A stretch of 63,745 bases of DNA, filler included, from Olpidium bornovanus S191 (taxonomy: Eukaryota > Fungi > Olpidiomycota), in NCBI GenBank assembly GCA_017911155.1. It is 28 parts of 28 records of this genome, joined end to end, with 100 filler letters (N's around TTAATTAATTAA, not from the genome) between each part and the next. Parts side by side here need not be neighbours in the genome. Positions count along the whole stretch, not along the records: positions 1 to 2,155 come from JAEFCI010000641.1; positions 2,256 to 6,263 come from JAEFCI010000860.1; positions 6,364 to 8,095 come from JAEFCI010013211.1; positions 8,196 to 11,827 come from JAEFCI010002708.1; 24 more parts are not named here. One strand, written 5' to 3'. The translations under genes and the position numbers were made by a program. Numbering within the stretch: position 1 is the first letter of the stretch; each line of letters opens with the position of its first letter. Shown piece after piece: positions 1 to 11,812 of the stretch. A model generated the notes under the pieces. That model ran no database searches. It saw nothing but the letters and a program-made list of their open reading frames with translations, and was not told where the DNA came from.

Positions 1-429
1 AGGGAACCTGCCTGTAATTGTCGCGTAAAATATCGACTGGGCTTGTGCTCCTGCCGACTGGTCTGCCCGATGTCCCATTAACAGTATCACAAACGCCGAG
101 GAGTGTCAGGGTCAAAGCATGCCCAACCGAGGCAAAGCGGAATTGACAAATAATTCTACCTGAAAAGGCCTGGTGACGACAATCTACGAAGCGGCTTAAC
201 TACGCAGACTGACACAAGGGTTATACGTGGGTGCGTTGCGGCGGCCGATTACGCCGCGGGTCTGCTTATCTGGAGGCGCGGGTTAACATACGACGCGAGG
301 CGGCGCTGCGAGGGAATAAACGCGGCCATTTTCTGGAAGTAGTGCCCGCGTAGCGCTCGAAACGCGTACCGGGAAGCTGTGGAGACGCGACATGCCACGT
401 CGAAAACAAGATGCATCAGGGGGTGCCTG

Positions 430-1093
430 CTATTGTCGCCGTTGCCGCTGCTGCTCGTGCTTCTGCGCCGGTACTATTCCGGGATCCGCGGTCAGAGCAG
501 GACCCTGCATTATAGGAGTCGAACGGGCAAACCCGGCCAGGGAAAAGCTGTCAGATTCCGTCGGAAAGAAGCGTGGAATTGCGTAAACGAGTCCATGTTC
601 ACTCGCGGCGCCTACCCTCTCAAGCACAGAACGTATACACGACCTGTGAACATAGACCGGCTCCTCGTTTGTGAACGTCTCGAATTCTGCGAGGCGGCGC
701 GAACACGTTCCGATTGAGGAAGCTGCCGCACAACTCCATATTGAACAGTGAGACGGCCTCAGCCGCGGCCAGTGGTCTATACAACAGGTCATACCTCGCA
801 GGACGCAGGCCCCTGCCCGTTCAAGCATCAAAATGGCCGATATTGTAACCGGCAGAGCTGTATGCGAGAGCGCCAGATTTGAGACCGGCATTTTTCCGAT
901 GAGATCCGTTGGAGCGTCCTCTAATAAAAATGAAAACGTTCCGCGAGCGGCAAACACCCTCACCGTCGTGGACGCCGACAACCACGACGCTCTCAAAATT
1001 GACCAAACTCCGTTCGATCCAGTCAGCATAGTAGTCGCACCCGTTGATCAGCGTAACGCTTCCGGGGTACGTCTTGGCCGGGCGGGCGGGCAT
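430..1093 (-). CDS. Spliced multi-exon protein of unknown function (5' end uncertain)
   Basis: GT-AG introns with compatible phases join exons ..-964, 857-795, 686-644 and 547-430. The product reads ...DWIERSLVNFESVVVVGVHD-ALPVTISAILMLERAGACVLR-EFETFTNEEPVYVHS-FSLAGF... The family is not recognised. Confidence 0.45.
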
Positions 1094-2043
1094 GGCGGGC
1101 GTCTCCACGCAGATGAATTGAGCCGGTTCTGGCATCTCGTCGCCGGCGCTCTCCCGCGCTGCCTCCGCGCTTCTCCCATGCTGCTGCTGACCGCTCCAAC
1201 GCTGGCGGACCGGCGAGTCCCCGCGCTCGCGGCCCCTGCGCTGCTGCCGCTGGCCGTCCGCGGCGCGGCCAGAGACGTGCTCCCGCCGCGGGCCGGACCG
1301 CGGCGGCGCGGCGGCAGGCGGGCAGACGTTTCCCTGCGCGCCGCCCGAACGGCCGCCGCCGCGCGCGGGTGACTGCGGCGGCGGCGGCAGCCCCAGGGAC
1401 GCCGCGGCCAGGACGGGGAAAACGGTCAGAGCTCCCCGGCGTTCAGGACCGGGGAGGAGGGGGGGCCGGGGGGGAAGTCTCTGACTCGAAAACCCGGCGA
1501 GCCGGCAGACGGGCGGTTTCCGCGTTCGGACAGGTTTTCGCTCGTCCGGACGTGGGGTGTTCGTTCGTCCGGACGGGGAAGCGGTGGCGGCGGAAGAACC
1601 CCGCGGCGGGCAGGAAACGAAGGTGAACGTGGTGGGGCTGCCCCAAACGCGACCCTCCGGCCGGTCCCGCCCGCCGCACGCCGCCCGCAGCAGCAGCAGC
1701 AACCCGCTGGGCCGCCCGAGCGCGGACCGCGCCCGAGATCCACCGAGCTCAAAGACGCCGTCCGCGACATCCGCGGAGGAGGCCCGGCCCCGCCCATATC
1801 CCGTTCTCCGGGATGCGCGTCGTCTGAGCGACCCACCCGCCTCGATCCGCACAGGGAGACCAATAAAGACCAACCGACGCCCGCGGCGCAATGGACGAAC
1901 ACCGCTCGCGACCGAGACCAGCCAGGCTCGATCGCAGACGCGACTCCTCGCGCCGCTCTCGCCCGACCGCGAGGCCTCTGCGGCCCGCGGTAGCCGGGCC
2001 TGCACCCCCTCCGGAATGTAGCCTCTTTTGTACGCATGCCAGT

Positions 2044-2077
<34 letters not shown>

Positions 2078-2108
2078 AAAAAAAAAAAAAAAATTGGTTT
2101 AAAAAGGA

Positions 2109-2151
<43 letters not shown>

Positions 2152-2155
2152 GGGA

Positions 2156-2255
2156 NNNNNNNNNNNNNNNNNNNNNNNNNNNNNNNNNNNNNNNNNNNNT
2201 TAATTAATTAANNNNNNNNNNNNNNNNNNNNNNNNNNNNNNNNNNNNNNNNNNNN
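2156..2255. other. Artificial contig-joining linker (44 N + TTAATTAATTAA + 44 N), first of 27 identical copies
   Basis: Identical 100-bp linkers start at 2156, 6264, 8096, 11828, 15297, 16895, 18416, 19700, 21504, 24302, 25629, 27826, 29659, 32462, 35390, 36784, 38416, 40870, 44597, 46699, 50768, 52511, 54852, 57179, 58791, 60339 and 62222. TTAATTAATTAA is the standard all-frame stop spacer. Confidence 0.99.
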
Positions 2256-3810
2256 CCCTTATGAGAAGGGCAACTTGCCAATACCCTGCCAGCGGGAGGT
2301 GTAGTGGAAGATTTAACGGATATTGTCACGCCAGGGATTGGTGCAGGCGGATGCGTGCGTGAGAAAGAAGTGCATGCGAACGAAGGCGATATCATCCTCA
2401 TGTGACGATGGCCATGCAACGATGTACAGGCAATTGGTCAGCTGAGCACAGCCATAAAAGAGCAGCTCCACTCTACAGAGCCCATTTACTAACAACCGTT
2501 GATCGCTTTTGTCAGCCTTCTCGGCGCAATGCCTCGCCCATGTCGCTCCGTGGAAGCCAGGCTGCATTGCGGTTTGGCCCCAACCGGAACATTAGCGATG
2601 CGCATCAATCATCTCCAGTCAATGGCCCTGAATCAGATCGACTGCTCACATTTCCTGCTCCACACTGACGAGACTCGTCAAAGCTCGCCACTGGGAAGGC
2701 AGCGCTTCGTACATGCAAAACCGCGCAGGGTCTGTGTGACAGTGATGAACATCACTGGACGACAACTGATTACGCAGCCACGCGCCCTCTCTGAAAAATT
2801 ATCGACCCCATTTGCACTTCGGCACCGCCGCTGAGAGTCCAAGTGTGTTTTGGCGGTGTTTGGGGCGTTCGGGCGAAAGGGCTCGTCGGCATACTCCGAT
2901 TCTCTGAAGTTTAAGGCTGGATAAGGGAAAAAGAGGCAAAGGGGAGGAAGAAGGGCGCGCCGTGACGCGTGATTAGGGGCGTGAACACTTGATTACGGTT
3001 GAGCACGGCGGCGGCGAGGCGCCGCGGGCGGCCTTGGCAAGGCCAGAAGGGGTGGGTGTATGGTCGCAGGAGCCTAGCTGCGGGCAACGTGTTGCGCAGG
3101 CTCCTCGTTTTCTGCACTTGCCGGCGCGGGAACATGGTCCGTCGACTAAAGGCTTGCCGTGCCACGTGAGCGCCTTCGCGCTCTGCGGGGTAAGATCCTG
3201 ATATTAGCCTGGTCCCCGTTTGTCATAGGCTTCCCTTCCCCCCCCCCCCTCGCGACGGCCGTCAGCCGCCCATATCTGGCCACCCCGACAACGCGGCAAG
3301 CAGAGAGCACAGGCCAACCTGCATCGCGGACCGACTGCCGGACGTCCGACTTGAGAGGAAGTACGAGGACTCCCCCCGAAGGGAAGGCCGTCCGCAAAGA
3401 GTGCGCTCGTAAGGAGCGTCCGGGCAAGCCAAGACTCGGCGGCAACCGAAGGCGGGCTGCTGCCGTCCCATATCAACCGACCCAAGCCGGGAGAGCCCGC
3501 CGGCTTGGCGAAAGCAAACCAAGCTCTCGAAGGTCGAAGTGACTTATATTAAATCCGCGCCGGCCAGCGCATTTATCTTCAAATCGCCTGCAAAAAATAA
3601 TCAACTTCAACGCACAGTGTTGCATGTCAGGAAATTCACTTCGGAGCAGCCGTGTGCCGAAATCGCAGTTCTGCACAGTTTTCTGGCCAGCCCCGAGTCC
3701 GCAGCCTCTGATTGAGACACCATCGGGCTTGAATCTGACCCGCGCTGGGGGCTACTGCTCACCCTGAAACTACAAAATTCCACAAGTGACTCTTTTGCTC
3801 AGCCGCCAAG

Positions 3811-6191
3811 ATGATGCATCAACCACTCCCAAATCGGCCTCAGGATTATTTTTACGGTATTTCCGCTGTTCAATCCCTGATGAGCCGAATCTGCAGTTGT
3901 GTCTCGACCACTTCGATACCTTACAATCCGGCACACCGTCTTTGTAGATGGCGTCTATACCGTCTCGTCAAGAAAAGACCACGTCAAGCAGATGACCGCG
4001 GCGCAGACTCATACCATGGTATGATAACGCGGAGAGTTTGAAAGTGGCGGGAGTTAGCTTCCGATCGTCGCCGTGATTCTGCATGCAGACCACTCCTCAT
4101 CGAGCTCAAAAAATCTCGACGGTTAACGGAAGGTCATCGTGCCGGAGTACCGCAATATGTTTGCCAGAGCGCTTAATTATCCGTCGGCGCACGTTGAGTA
4201 CCGCGGGCACCCTCTGCCGCGAAACTTCGGCCAAAACCGACTTGAACTTCGGCGGGGCGACCCGCAGGTAACGGGCATGAACCGGTTCAAATACTTCCGC
4301 AAGCCGTTCGTCCCGTTTCTGTCGCCCTCGGGAGGGCAGGTCGTCTACGCCAAGCGAATTGCAAAAAAGGACGCGGCAGCGGCGCGGGAGCAGCAGCAGC
4401 AGCAGCCGCGGGCGCCGAGTCCACTCGTTAAGACTGTTGCTGTGCAGACCGCGTACCGCGAGAGTGGCACCCAGACCGATCCGTACTCTCCGGATTACGT
4501 CATACCACCGGGGACCCAACCTGAGATCCTCGCACTTGCCACACTGACCTGGAACGCGGGCCTCCCAGCGGGCGTTGCGGAGCTTGACATGATCGAGCGC
4601 GCGCGGGCGAAAAGGGCATGGGAGGCCACCCTCCCGGAGGTCACCGACGAGGCCTCGTTCGAAAAGAGGTTGAGAATGATGGAGGAAATGGAGCTGAGGG
4701 AGTGGACAGAGCGTGAAGCAGAAATCAAAAGGCAAAGATTGCAATATCCCTGTGTTTTCCCAAACACCGGCGTCAAGGATTTTGCCTGAAAATCACACAT
4801 TTCTTGATTATTTCCATGCCCCGCTTTGCAATCAGACTGCAGGAGGCTCGTTTGGATATACTAACAAAATTGATCCGCAAGCGTGAAGTGGAAAATGAGG
4901 AGCTCAACAATGAGCGCATCGAAAAGATTTGGCAAAAGAAGCTCCAGGAGCGGGACAGCCTGCACGAAAAGATTGAGCGAAAGCGCATCAAGGGTATTCC
5001 TGTCTCTCATGTTTTCCAGCTTTGCAGGCCTCCAAATGTTCTCACTGAGAAATTGGTATCTAGCCTTGCGAATGCTTGACGAGAGGCGAAAGAACGTTGA
5101 CAATATCATCGAGCGGAGGGACATAATTGCTGATTACGCCAACTACACTTCGAGGGTATATGCGCCCAAAGCGAGAGACGGGATTTTCCGTGATCAGGCG
5201 GACGGGACCCTTCAGCTGCGGGACACTGGCATGATGACTTTCGATGGTCGGAATCCCGTTGAATATTGCCTCTATTATATGTTGACAAGGTGCGCTGATC
5301 GTTCTCTGTTTGTTTACCAGGTCTCGAACACATTGAATCGACCATACCGGAGAATCTTTCGAAACCAGATTACTCTATCCCAACCCATCAGGCTTTCCCC
5401 ACTCCGTCAGCGCGGCGGGAGCTGCACATGCAGGAACGGTTACGCCTCATGGACCAAAAGCTCAAGGAGCGCAAGGCTCAAAAGACGCCAGATAAGCCCC
5501 CACTCAAGTACGCGCGCCGGATTGAGAAACCCGTTCAGCGGCCCTCGACTCCGAGGACAAGATTACCGTAAGACGTCGGGTCGTCTAGCGCCATGCTGAC
5601 ATGGGTGAATCAGAGGTGGACGGTGTATGAATCCGAATCGCAAAATATGTTTCCCAGAGATGATCCAGAAGAGGATGATAAGCATATTGCGGCCGTCTCT
5701 CTCCAACGTATAATCCGCGGAAGATTCGCGCAGAACCTGATGTACCAGGGTAAGATCGCCCACGTACTTTGCCAGCGGATCAGCGCGTTCGTTCGCCCTT
5801 TTTGGGCGTGTGCCCACACTCAGGGTTTTTCGTTTTAGGGAAGGAGCGTCGACTACAGCTTATAAATGAGCTAAGGACCCGCAGGACGGTGCAGCGCGCG
5901 GAGGAGGAGGCGGCAGTCGCCAGCAGCAGCGCTGCTGCCGATGCTGTTGCCGCGCGGAGAGTGAAGTCAGCGGGCGCCTCGAGCGCGCGCTCGTCCGAGG
6001 CCAATTCGCGGCCGTCGAGCGTCCCAACCAGCGTCGACTCACCCAGCAGCGGGACCTCCGAAGAGGCTTTTGAGGCCGGAGGTGACCGTAGTGCCTCCGC
6101 GGGTACCGCCCGGTCCGGCCAATCTGTAGGCGATCGCCCGCAGCATGGGGCAGCCGAATCGGACTTGATGGCGAGAGCTAGGGAACTTGAG
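3811..6191 (+). CDS. CFAP91: Cilia- and flagella-associated protein 91 (MAATS1/AAT-1), 3' partial, at least 8 exons
   Basis: Motifs NRPQDYFY|DGVYTVSSRKDH, VTGMNRFKYF, QTAYRESGTQTDPYSPDY, PEILALATLTWNAGLPAG, IERARAKRAWEATLP, IEKPVQRPSTP, IQ-like SLQRIIRGRFAQNLMYQGKERRLQLINELRT. Exons about 3811-3856, 3948-4018, 4133-4731, 4836-4993, 5064-5246, 5321-5567, 5658-5749, 5839-6191. Confidence 0.92.
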
Positions 6192-6943
6192 GTATGTTCG
6201 AAATTTCGCCCTGTGCTGGCTCTGACACCATCAGTGCAGGGCAAAAGCGAAAGAAAAAATCGCNNNNNNNNNNNNNNNNNNNNNNNNNNNNNNNNNNNNN
6301 NNNNNNNTTAATTAATTAANNNNNNNNNNNNNNNNNNNNNNNNNNNNNNNNNNNNNNNNNNNNCAGTTTGCTAAATTATGCCCCCCCGATGCGAAACAGA
6401 TGTGCAAAACATTCTGGGAAAAGGGATCCTGCCCGTATGGTCAGAGATGTTGTGTAAGCTTGAAGGAGGGCTTCCGTTAAAGAGCCGTTTGCCTGGCCTC
6501 TTTGTATTGGCTGCTTCTGACCGTTGTGCATTCCCTGGCATTCCCTCAGTTCATTCATACCGCCGTACCCTCCGAGCACGGATCAATCTTCATCCAATCT
6601 CGCGCTGTGCAAAGCACCGTCAACTCAATCTCCGTAACGGGCAGTGCGGCGTCTCTCAAGAGCCCTGCGGCGCCGAAAGATGCTGCTGGTTTGTGCTTGA
6701 TCTACTGCGTGCGCATGAGGTCATGCTGAATTAATCACTGACCGATCACTGACCGTCTTGCACGCATGCTCCTCCCGACCCACCGAAATCAGATAAGAAG
6801 CGAGACTCTAGCCTGCCGTTGTACGGCCTGTACACTCAGGAAAGCGATGCCGTAAACGCCACCATCAACGCGAACGCCGACCCAGGGGCGAAGTTGGTTA
6901 CGTGGTCGAACCCGGTTTCGCCATCAAACGTCGAAACGACCGG

Positions 6944-6990
6944 GTTCGGCGGAGCCGTCCGCGAGTTCGGCGGAGCCGTCCGCGAGTTCG
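6944..6990. repeat. Perfect 21-bp tandem duplication (GTTCGGCGGAGCCGTCCGCGA x2.2)
   Basis: Read directly from the sequence. Confidence 0.85.
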
Positions 6991-8195
6991 ACGGGCGGGC
7001 GCGGCGTGAGAATCACGCTGGACCAGAAAAAATTGCCGCCGCCGCGGGAGACGTCTCGGCGCCCTCATCGCAGCGTTCTTCGCGGGACGGTGGGGCGGGG
7101 CCGGTCGGCGCGTGCGGAACGTGCGGTTTCAGGGACCCCTGCGCCGCGTGCGTGTTCGCGTTGCCCGCCGCCGCCAGGGCAAATGACGTCGTCTCCCCTG
7201 GAGACGGCCACGTGTACGCCGGCACTGCGCAAATCGCAGGTCAGCATCCGCAGCAGCTAAACCAGGCTCGGGCGGTGCGCAGGGCCTCTTTTGCCGACAG
7301 CGGCGTCAGGCGTCTGCCCGTGTTCCAGAGCATCCAGCACTGAAATCCGGGAGCGCTACGCGCTAGGTTCCTTCCGTTTCCGGCTGCGGCACGAAAAGGT
7401 TCCTTTCCTGCAGCGGAAGTTTCCAACCAGAAGCACCACTTCTTCTCCCCTTTCCCCACCACCCTCCCGAATCTTTATTTAGCTCATATTCCGTTTTCTT
7501 GGCGGAGGATTTCAAAATTGTTTAAGTCTCCGCGCCCTTCGCCTAGATATGGCCCCGGTTTAAACCGCCCCCCCCCCCCCCCCCACCCCCCACCTCCCCC
7601 TTTTTATTTTCCCTTCTTTTATGTGTCTCTCTCTCTCGATATTAAGCCAAATCACGACATACAACTTCGCTTAGACCATCTGCGATGCACGTATTTGTTT
7701 CCCACATCGTAGGGCCGCACCCCTAAACCCGATCGCCCCCCTCCCCTTCCCCCCTTCCTAAAATGATTTAACGGCATATATTTGCCGACACGAGACGCGC
7801 ACGCGGCCGAGAGCGGGGGCATCCCGGCATCGGACAGTTGGTGGTGCGACGAAACTGCCCGGAAACACTCCGGGGAACAAACTCCGACTGCTCCGCTTTC
7901 TCTTCCCCCACCACCCCCAGCGCAGCGCGACGTGTTGCGCGCTCCTTTTGCCGAACGACCGCGAGGTTCCGCGACGCGCCTATCCCCCCCCCCTTCCCCG
8001 CGTTTCCCCCCCCCCCCCCCCTTCCCTTTTTTCCCCCCCCCCCCCCCCTTTTTTTTGGGGGGGGGGGGGGGGGGGAAGGGAAGGGGGGGCGGGGGNNNNN
8101 NNNNNNNNNNNNNNNNNNNNNNNNNNNNNNNNNNNNNNNTTAATTAATTAANNNNNNNNNNNNNNNNNNNNNNNNNNNNNNNNNNNNNNNNNNNN

Positions 8196-8306
8196 CATGT
8201 TCCGTATTCCATAGCGACCATAAAACTGGGTCGGTGGAAATGATATTCCATTCCGTAACAGAAAATGTTCCATACCGGAGGATTCCATATCAGAGGGAAG
8301 ACTGTA
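8196..8306 (-). mobile_element. Terminus of a pogo/Tigger-like (Tc1/mariner superfamily) DNA transposon
   Basis: The minus strand reads TA|CAGTCTTCCCTCTGATATGGAA..., a TA target followed by a CAGT-start end. Five sub-terminal TAYGGAA motifs follow. Truncated at the contig start. Confidence 0.5.
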
Positions 8307-8638
8307 CAGCAGAGCAACCCTTTTTTGTCGTCCGCAAGGGCCCCAGCTGCAGGGGGGGGGGGGGGGGGGCCGGCAAAACGGTAGTATCGCGAGAGCGGCC
8401 AAGTGTGGCCCAGCCAGCGACAGGGTGAGACCGACCGGCACCAAAGTGTCCGATAAGGAAGGGTTTGTGCGGAGGCCACCACCCGAAGGTGCCGGTTCCG
8501 GCCAACAGGTCAGCTCGACCCGGCGCCGCAAACGCGCCGGAGAACCGGGACGGTGGTCACGACTAAACTCAGAAGAGCGAAACGACGACGACGACGCGGA
8601 CGGCGCGGGGGGCAGAACCGCAGCGGAGCAAAGAACCG

Positions 8639-8677
<39 letters not shown>

Positions 8678-9184
8678 AAAAAAAATGTTCCCTCTGTTCT
8701 GGTCCGTTTTGCGCCGGGGGTCGGTTGGGGAAGTGGGTGGGGAGTGAGGGGGAGGAAGCCAGGGGCGGCCGCCCTTAATCCCCGGAGGTTTTTTTTTTTT
8801 TTTTTTTTTTTTTCTTGTTTCTTAGATCGCGAAAGGGGTGCGCGCGGCGAGGAGCGCGGTCCGTTCCGGCCGGGCCGGGCGGGGGGGGGTTCGCGGCCGA
8901 GTGCCGACGGGCGCCAAGCTGCCGGTCACGTGCCGGCCCGGGGTGAGGAAAGGTGGGAAGGTGGGAGGGGGGGCCAGGGGAAGCGTGGAAGCTCGCGGTT
9001 TGCTCGGCGGGAACGGCGACCGACGGGAGGAGGAACACTGGGGAAAACTGGGTGTGCGTGTGTGTGCGTGTGTGTTGGGGCCAGGGACGCGCAGAAAAAA
9101 GCCCCGTTTTTTTTTTTTTTTTTTCTCTCTCTTCAATATCTCTCTCTCTGTCTCTCTCTCTCTCTTCCTGCTCTGCGCTTTTTC

Positions 9185-9218
<34 letters not shown>

Positions 9219-9431
9219 CTCCTCCTCCTCCTCCTCCTCCCGCCCCCGCCTCCTCCTCCTCCTCCCGCTTCGTCCCGAGCTTTCCCACGTCCTGAGATCT
9301 TCCCCGCCGGGGCGGGGCCTGCCTGCGTCTGGCCGCGCGCGGGTGTGGGGTGGAGGGGGAGCGGGAGGGGAAGAGGCGGATAGAGGGCGGGCAGACCGGG
9401 GGCGCGGGCCGAAACCCGAAAATAACGCCAA

Positions 9432-11066
9432 ATGACCATATCCTACGACAAATGGAACACCCTTGACGAGTACACGTCTTCAGGATCAGACTCGGACGCG
9501 GGGCGCGGCGGCGGCGGCCCCGCCGCTTCGCGGAGGAGCGGGAAGCGGCAGAGAACGAAACGGACCCGGCGGCGCCTGCCGCCGGGTTTTGGCAGCGCGC
9601 TCGCCGGCCGCAAACCCGTCAAGTTCGTCACCGTCCCCTGGGATCCCGCCTCAGGTAAACCCGGCCGGAGCGAGGCCGCCTGTCTTCCTTTCCCCCCCCC
9701 CCCCCCCCACCCCACTTCCGCCCCGCCGCCTGACGACTTTTGGCCTGCTGCAAAAATCATCCAGAAAAAGTGCGCTGGGCGCTCGACCGGCATTCCGTTG
9801 CGTACGTCGAGCACGCGTGGCCCTGGGGCCTGCACCTCGCCGCGACGTTACCTTACTCCGATCCGCCGCCGTCGCGGCAAGTGACGTGGACGCCGATAAT
9901 GGAAATAGAAGACGGCGAGGTGAGCGCAAGTTCGAGGAAAGCTCCGGCGATAACGCGGGCGTTGGCAACGAGAAACTGCGCTTCCGAAATCAACCATGAG
10001 TTTAAAAAGTTCTGGGGTCGAAAATCTGACCGCGCAGGTTTTCAAACGCAACACAACCGATATGATGCTCTGGTTGTACTCCCGCTCTCTATGCGCCAAC
10101 GAGAGGATGTACGCACCCGATAGCGCTGCTCTCGAGCTTGAACAATTCCTCGACGAGCACCTGGCCCCGGCCGCCCGGGTCATTTTCTATCACGTTGTGC
10201 TCTCCGATCCTTGCCTCGTCCGCGAGTGCCTCTTCGACGTCATCCATCTCGACACGCACAAGTCCCTGTTCCGTCTCGCGTGGCCGCTGCTGCGCATCGC
10301 GTTGATCAGGCACTTTGGCCTCGGAAACAAGAGCGCGATCGAGGAGGCGTGGGAGGCGGTGGAAAGGAGCTTTGCGAAGGTGGAAGAGGCCCTTCACGCC
10401 GCCGGCGGGGCGGGGTACCTCTGCGGCAATTCGTTCACGGCGGCGGACCTCACTTTCGGCGCTTACGCGGAATTCGTCTTGTTCCCAAACCAAACGGACC
10501 ACGTCACGACCAGCGAGACCATCCCCGTCGCGTTTCCCGCCACCTCTCGGCTCCCGCCCGACGTGTGCGAGAAGGTCGTCCGGCTCCGAAGGTCGGCCGC
10601 AGGGAAATATGCTTTCCAGCTGTACCGCTCCGACCGCGACATCTGCACCACCGGCAGCCGCCCGAGCCGTTACGAGAAATCGGCCCGCCCGTGGTGGAGC
10701 CGGTGCGAGCTCCTCCGCAACGCCGTCTACGGGTCGGTCGCGGCAGCGTCCGCGTCGGCCGCGCTGCTTTTCGCGATCTGCGGCCCGCTCCTGGCGTCCG
10801 TAATTATCGCGCTGGCTTGCGCCGCTTTCGCCCTCTACGCCTCCAGATCGCCGAGGTTTGAGACGATCCGCCGTCGCGCCGGCCAGCTCCGCTTTCTGAT
10901 TTTTGGGAAGTGGGAGGCCAAACCGGACCCGCCGGCGGATCCAAAGCCGCCGCCCGAAACCCCGTCAAAAGATACCGCCGCGTCGGGAGTCGACCCCCCC
11001 GACGTACCACGCGAGGGGTCCGAAAGCAAAGGTGCGCCGCAGCTACCGCCGGCTGATCAAGCGTAA
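9432..11066 (+). CDS. Glutathione S-transferase-like protein (GST_N3/GST_C2 type) with C-terminal hydrophobic anchor; complete, 3 exons
   Basis: Exons 9432-9654, 9765-9919, 10038-11066. Motifs VPWDPAS|EKVRWALDRHSVAY, LEQFLDEHLAPAARVIFYH, GYLCGNSFTAADLTFGAYA, LRRSAAGKYAFQLYRSDR. A hydrophobic stretch follows (AALLFAICGPLLASVIIALACAAFALYA). Confidence 0.75.
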
Positions 11067-11078
11067 CCAGGGAATAAC

Positions 11079-11111
<33 letters not shown>

Positions 11112-11552
11112 CTGCTCCTTTGCCCCGTGTGACACTAGTCTAGAATGGATACGCAGCGTAGGCTTTTCCTGGTTCGACGGGTTTATTATAACGGGGCTCG
11201 AACGCGCATTGCACCAGGGAATGGCCGAGGTTTTTTCCAAATTCCATTCTGCGAACGTCCGAAGCATCCGACCGTTTGGCGCGTGCCCACGGGCAAAGTT
11301 GCTCTCACCCCTCCTGCTTCGCGGTGGGAAATGTTGACTTTGTCGCAAGCATCGTGAAGAACGGAGCAGGTGTAGTCCGCAGTGACACGGGTCGAGCGGT
11401 GTGACGCGGTTGCGGAGCGAAGGTGACAAGGCGGAGCGAAGTGACGAGTGAGCAGAGAGCGCATAATCGGCAGGGCGTGGGGCGAAGCAAATGTCGACTA
11501 CAAATGTGTAATACATATGTACGCGCGCCAGAAAAAGCAACGCATTCAAAGC

Positions 11553-11590
11553 GGGGAATTAGCTCAGATGGTAGAGCGCTCGCTTAGCAT
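11553..11590 (+). tRNA. 5' half of tRNA-Ala (anticodon AGC); 3' half absent
   Basis: GGGGAATTAGCTCAGATGGTAGAGCGCTCGCTTAGCAT matches eukaryotic tRNA-Ala(AGC) through the anticodon (11586-11588). No T-arm or acceptor 3' strand is found before the contig end. Confidence 0.75.
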
Positions 11591-11781
11591 GTTTGCGGGG
11601 GCGCCCCAGCCGCGTCCTCCGTCCCGTCGAACCCCCACCGCCGTCTTTTCTGCTCCATTTCGATCGTGAGCTCGACCACGAGCTGCCAATCGTCCGAGCA
11701 GCCGTCTGGCGCGCGTGGGGGAAGGGAGGGGAAGGAAACGGCAGGGGGCCGGGGAAGCGGGGGGGGGCGGTTTTTTTTTTT

Positions 11782-11812
<31 letters not shown>

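Noticed and set aside
1-380. Possible structured RNA or group I intron at the window start
   Set aside because: No P/Q/R/S core or snRNA/SRP/RNase P motif could be identified.
2200-2211. TTAATTAATTAA repeated 27 times, superficially like a CRISPR or dispersed repeat
   Set aside because: Always flanked by exactly 44 N on each side; it is an artificial stop-codon linker.
6364-7343. Possible membrane-protein exons (LYWLLLTVVHSLAFPQF..; LPLYGLYTQES..)
   Set aside because: No consistent exon chain or recognisable family could be built.
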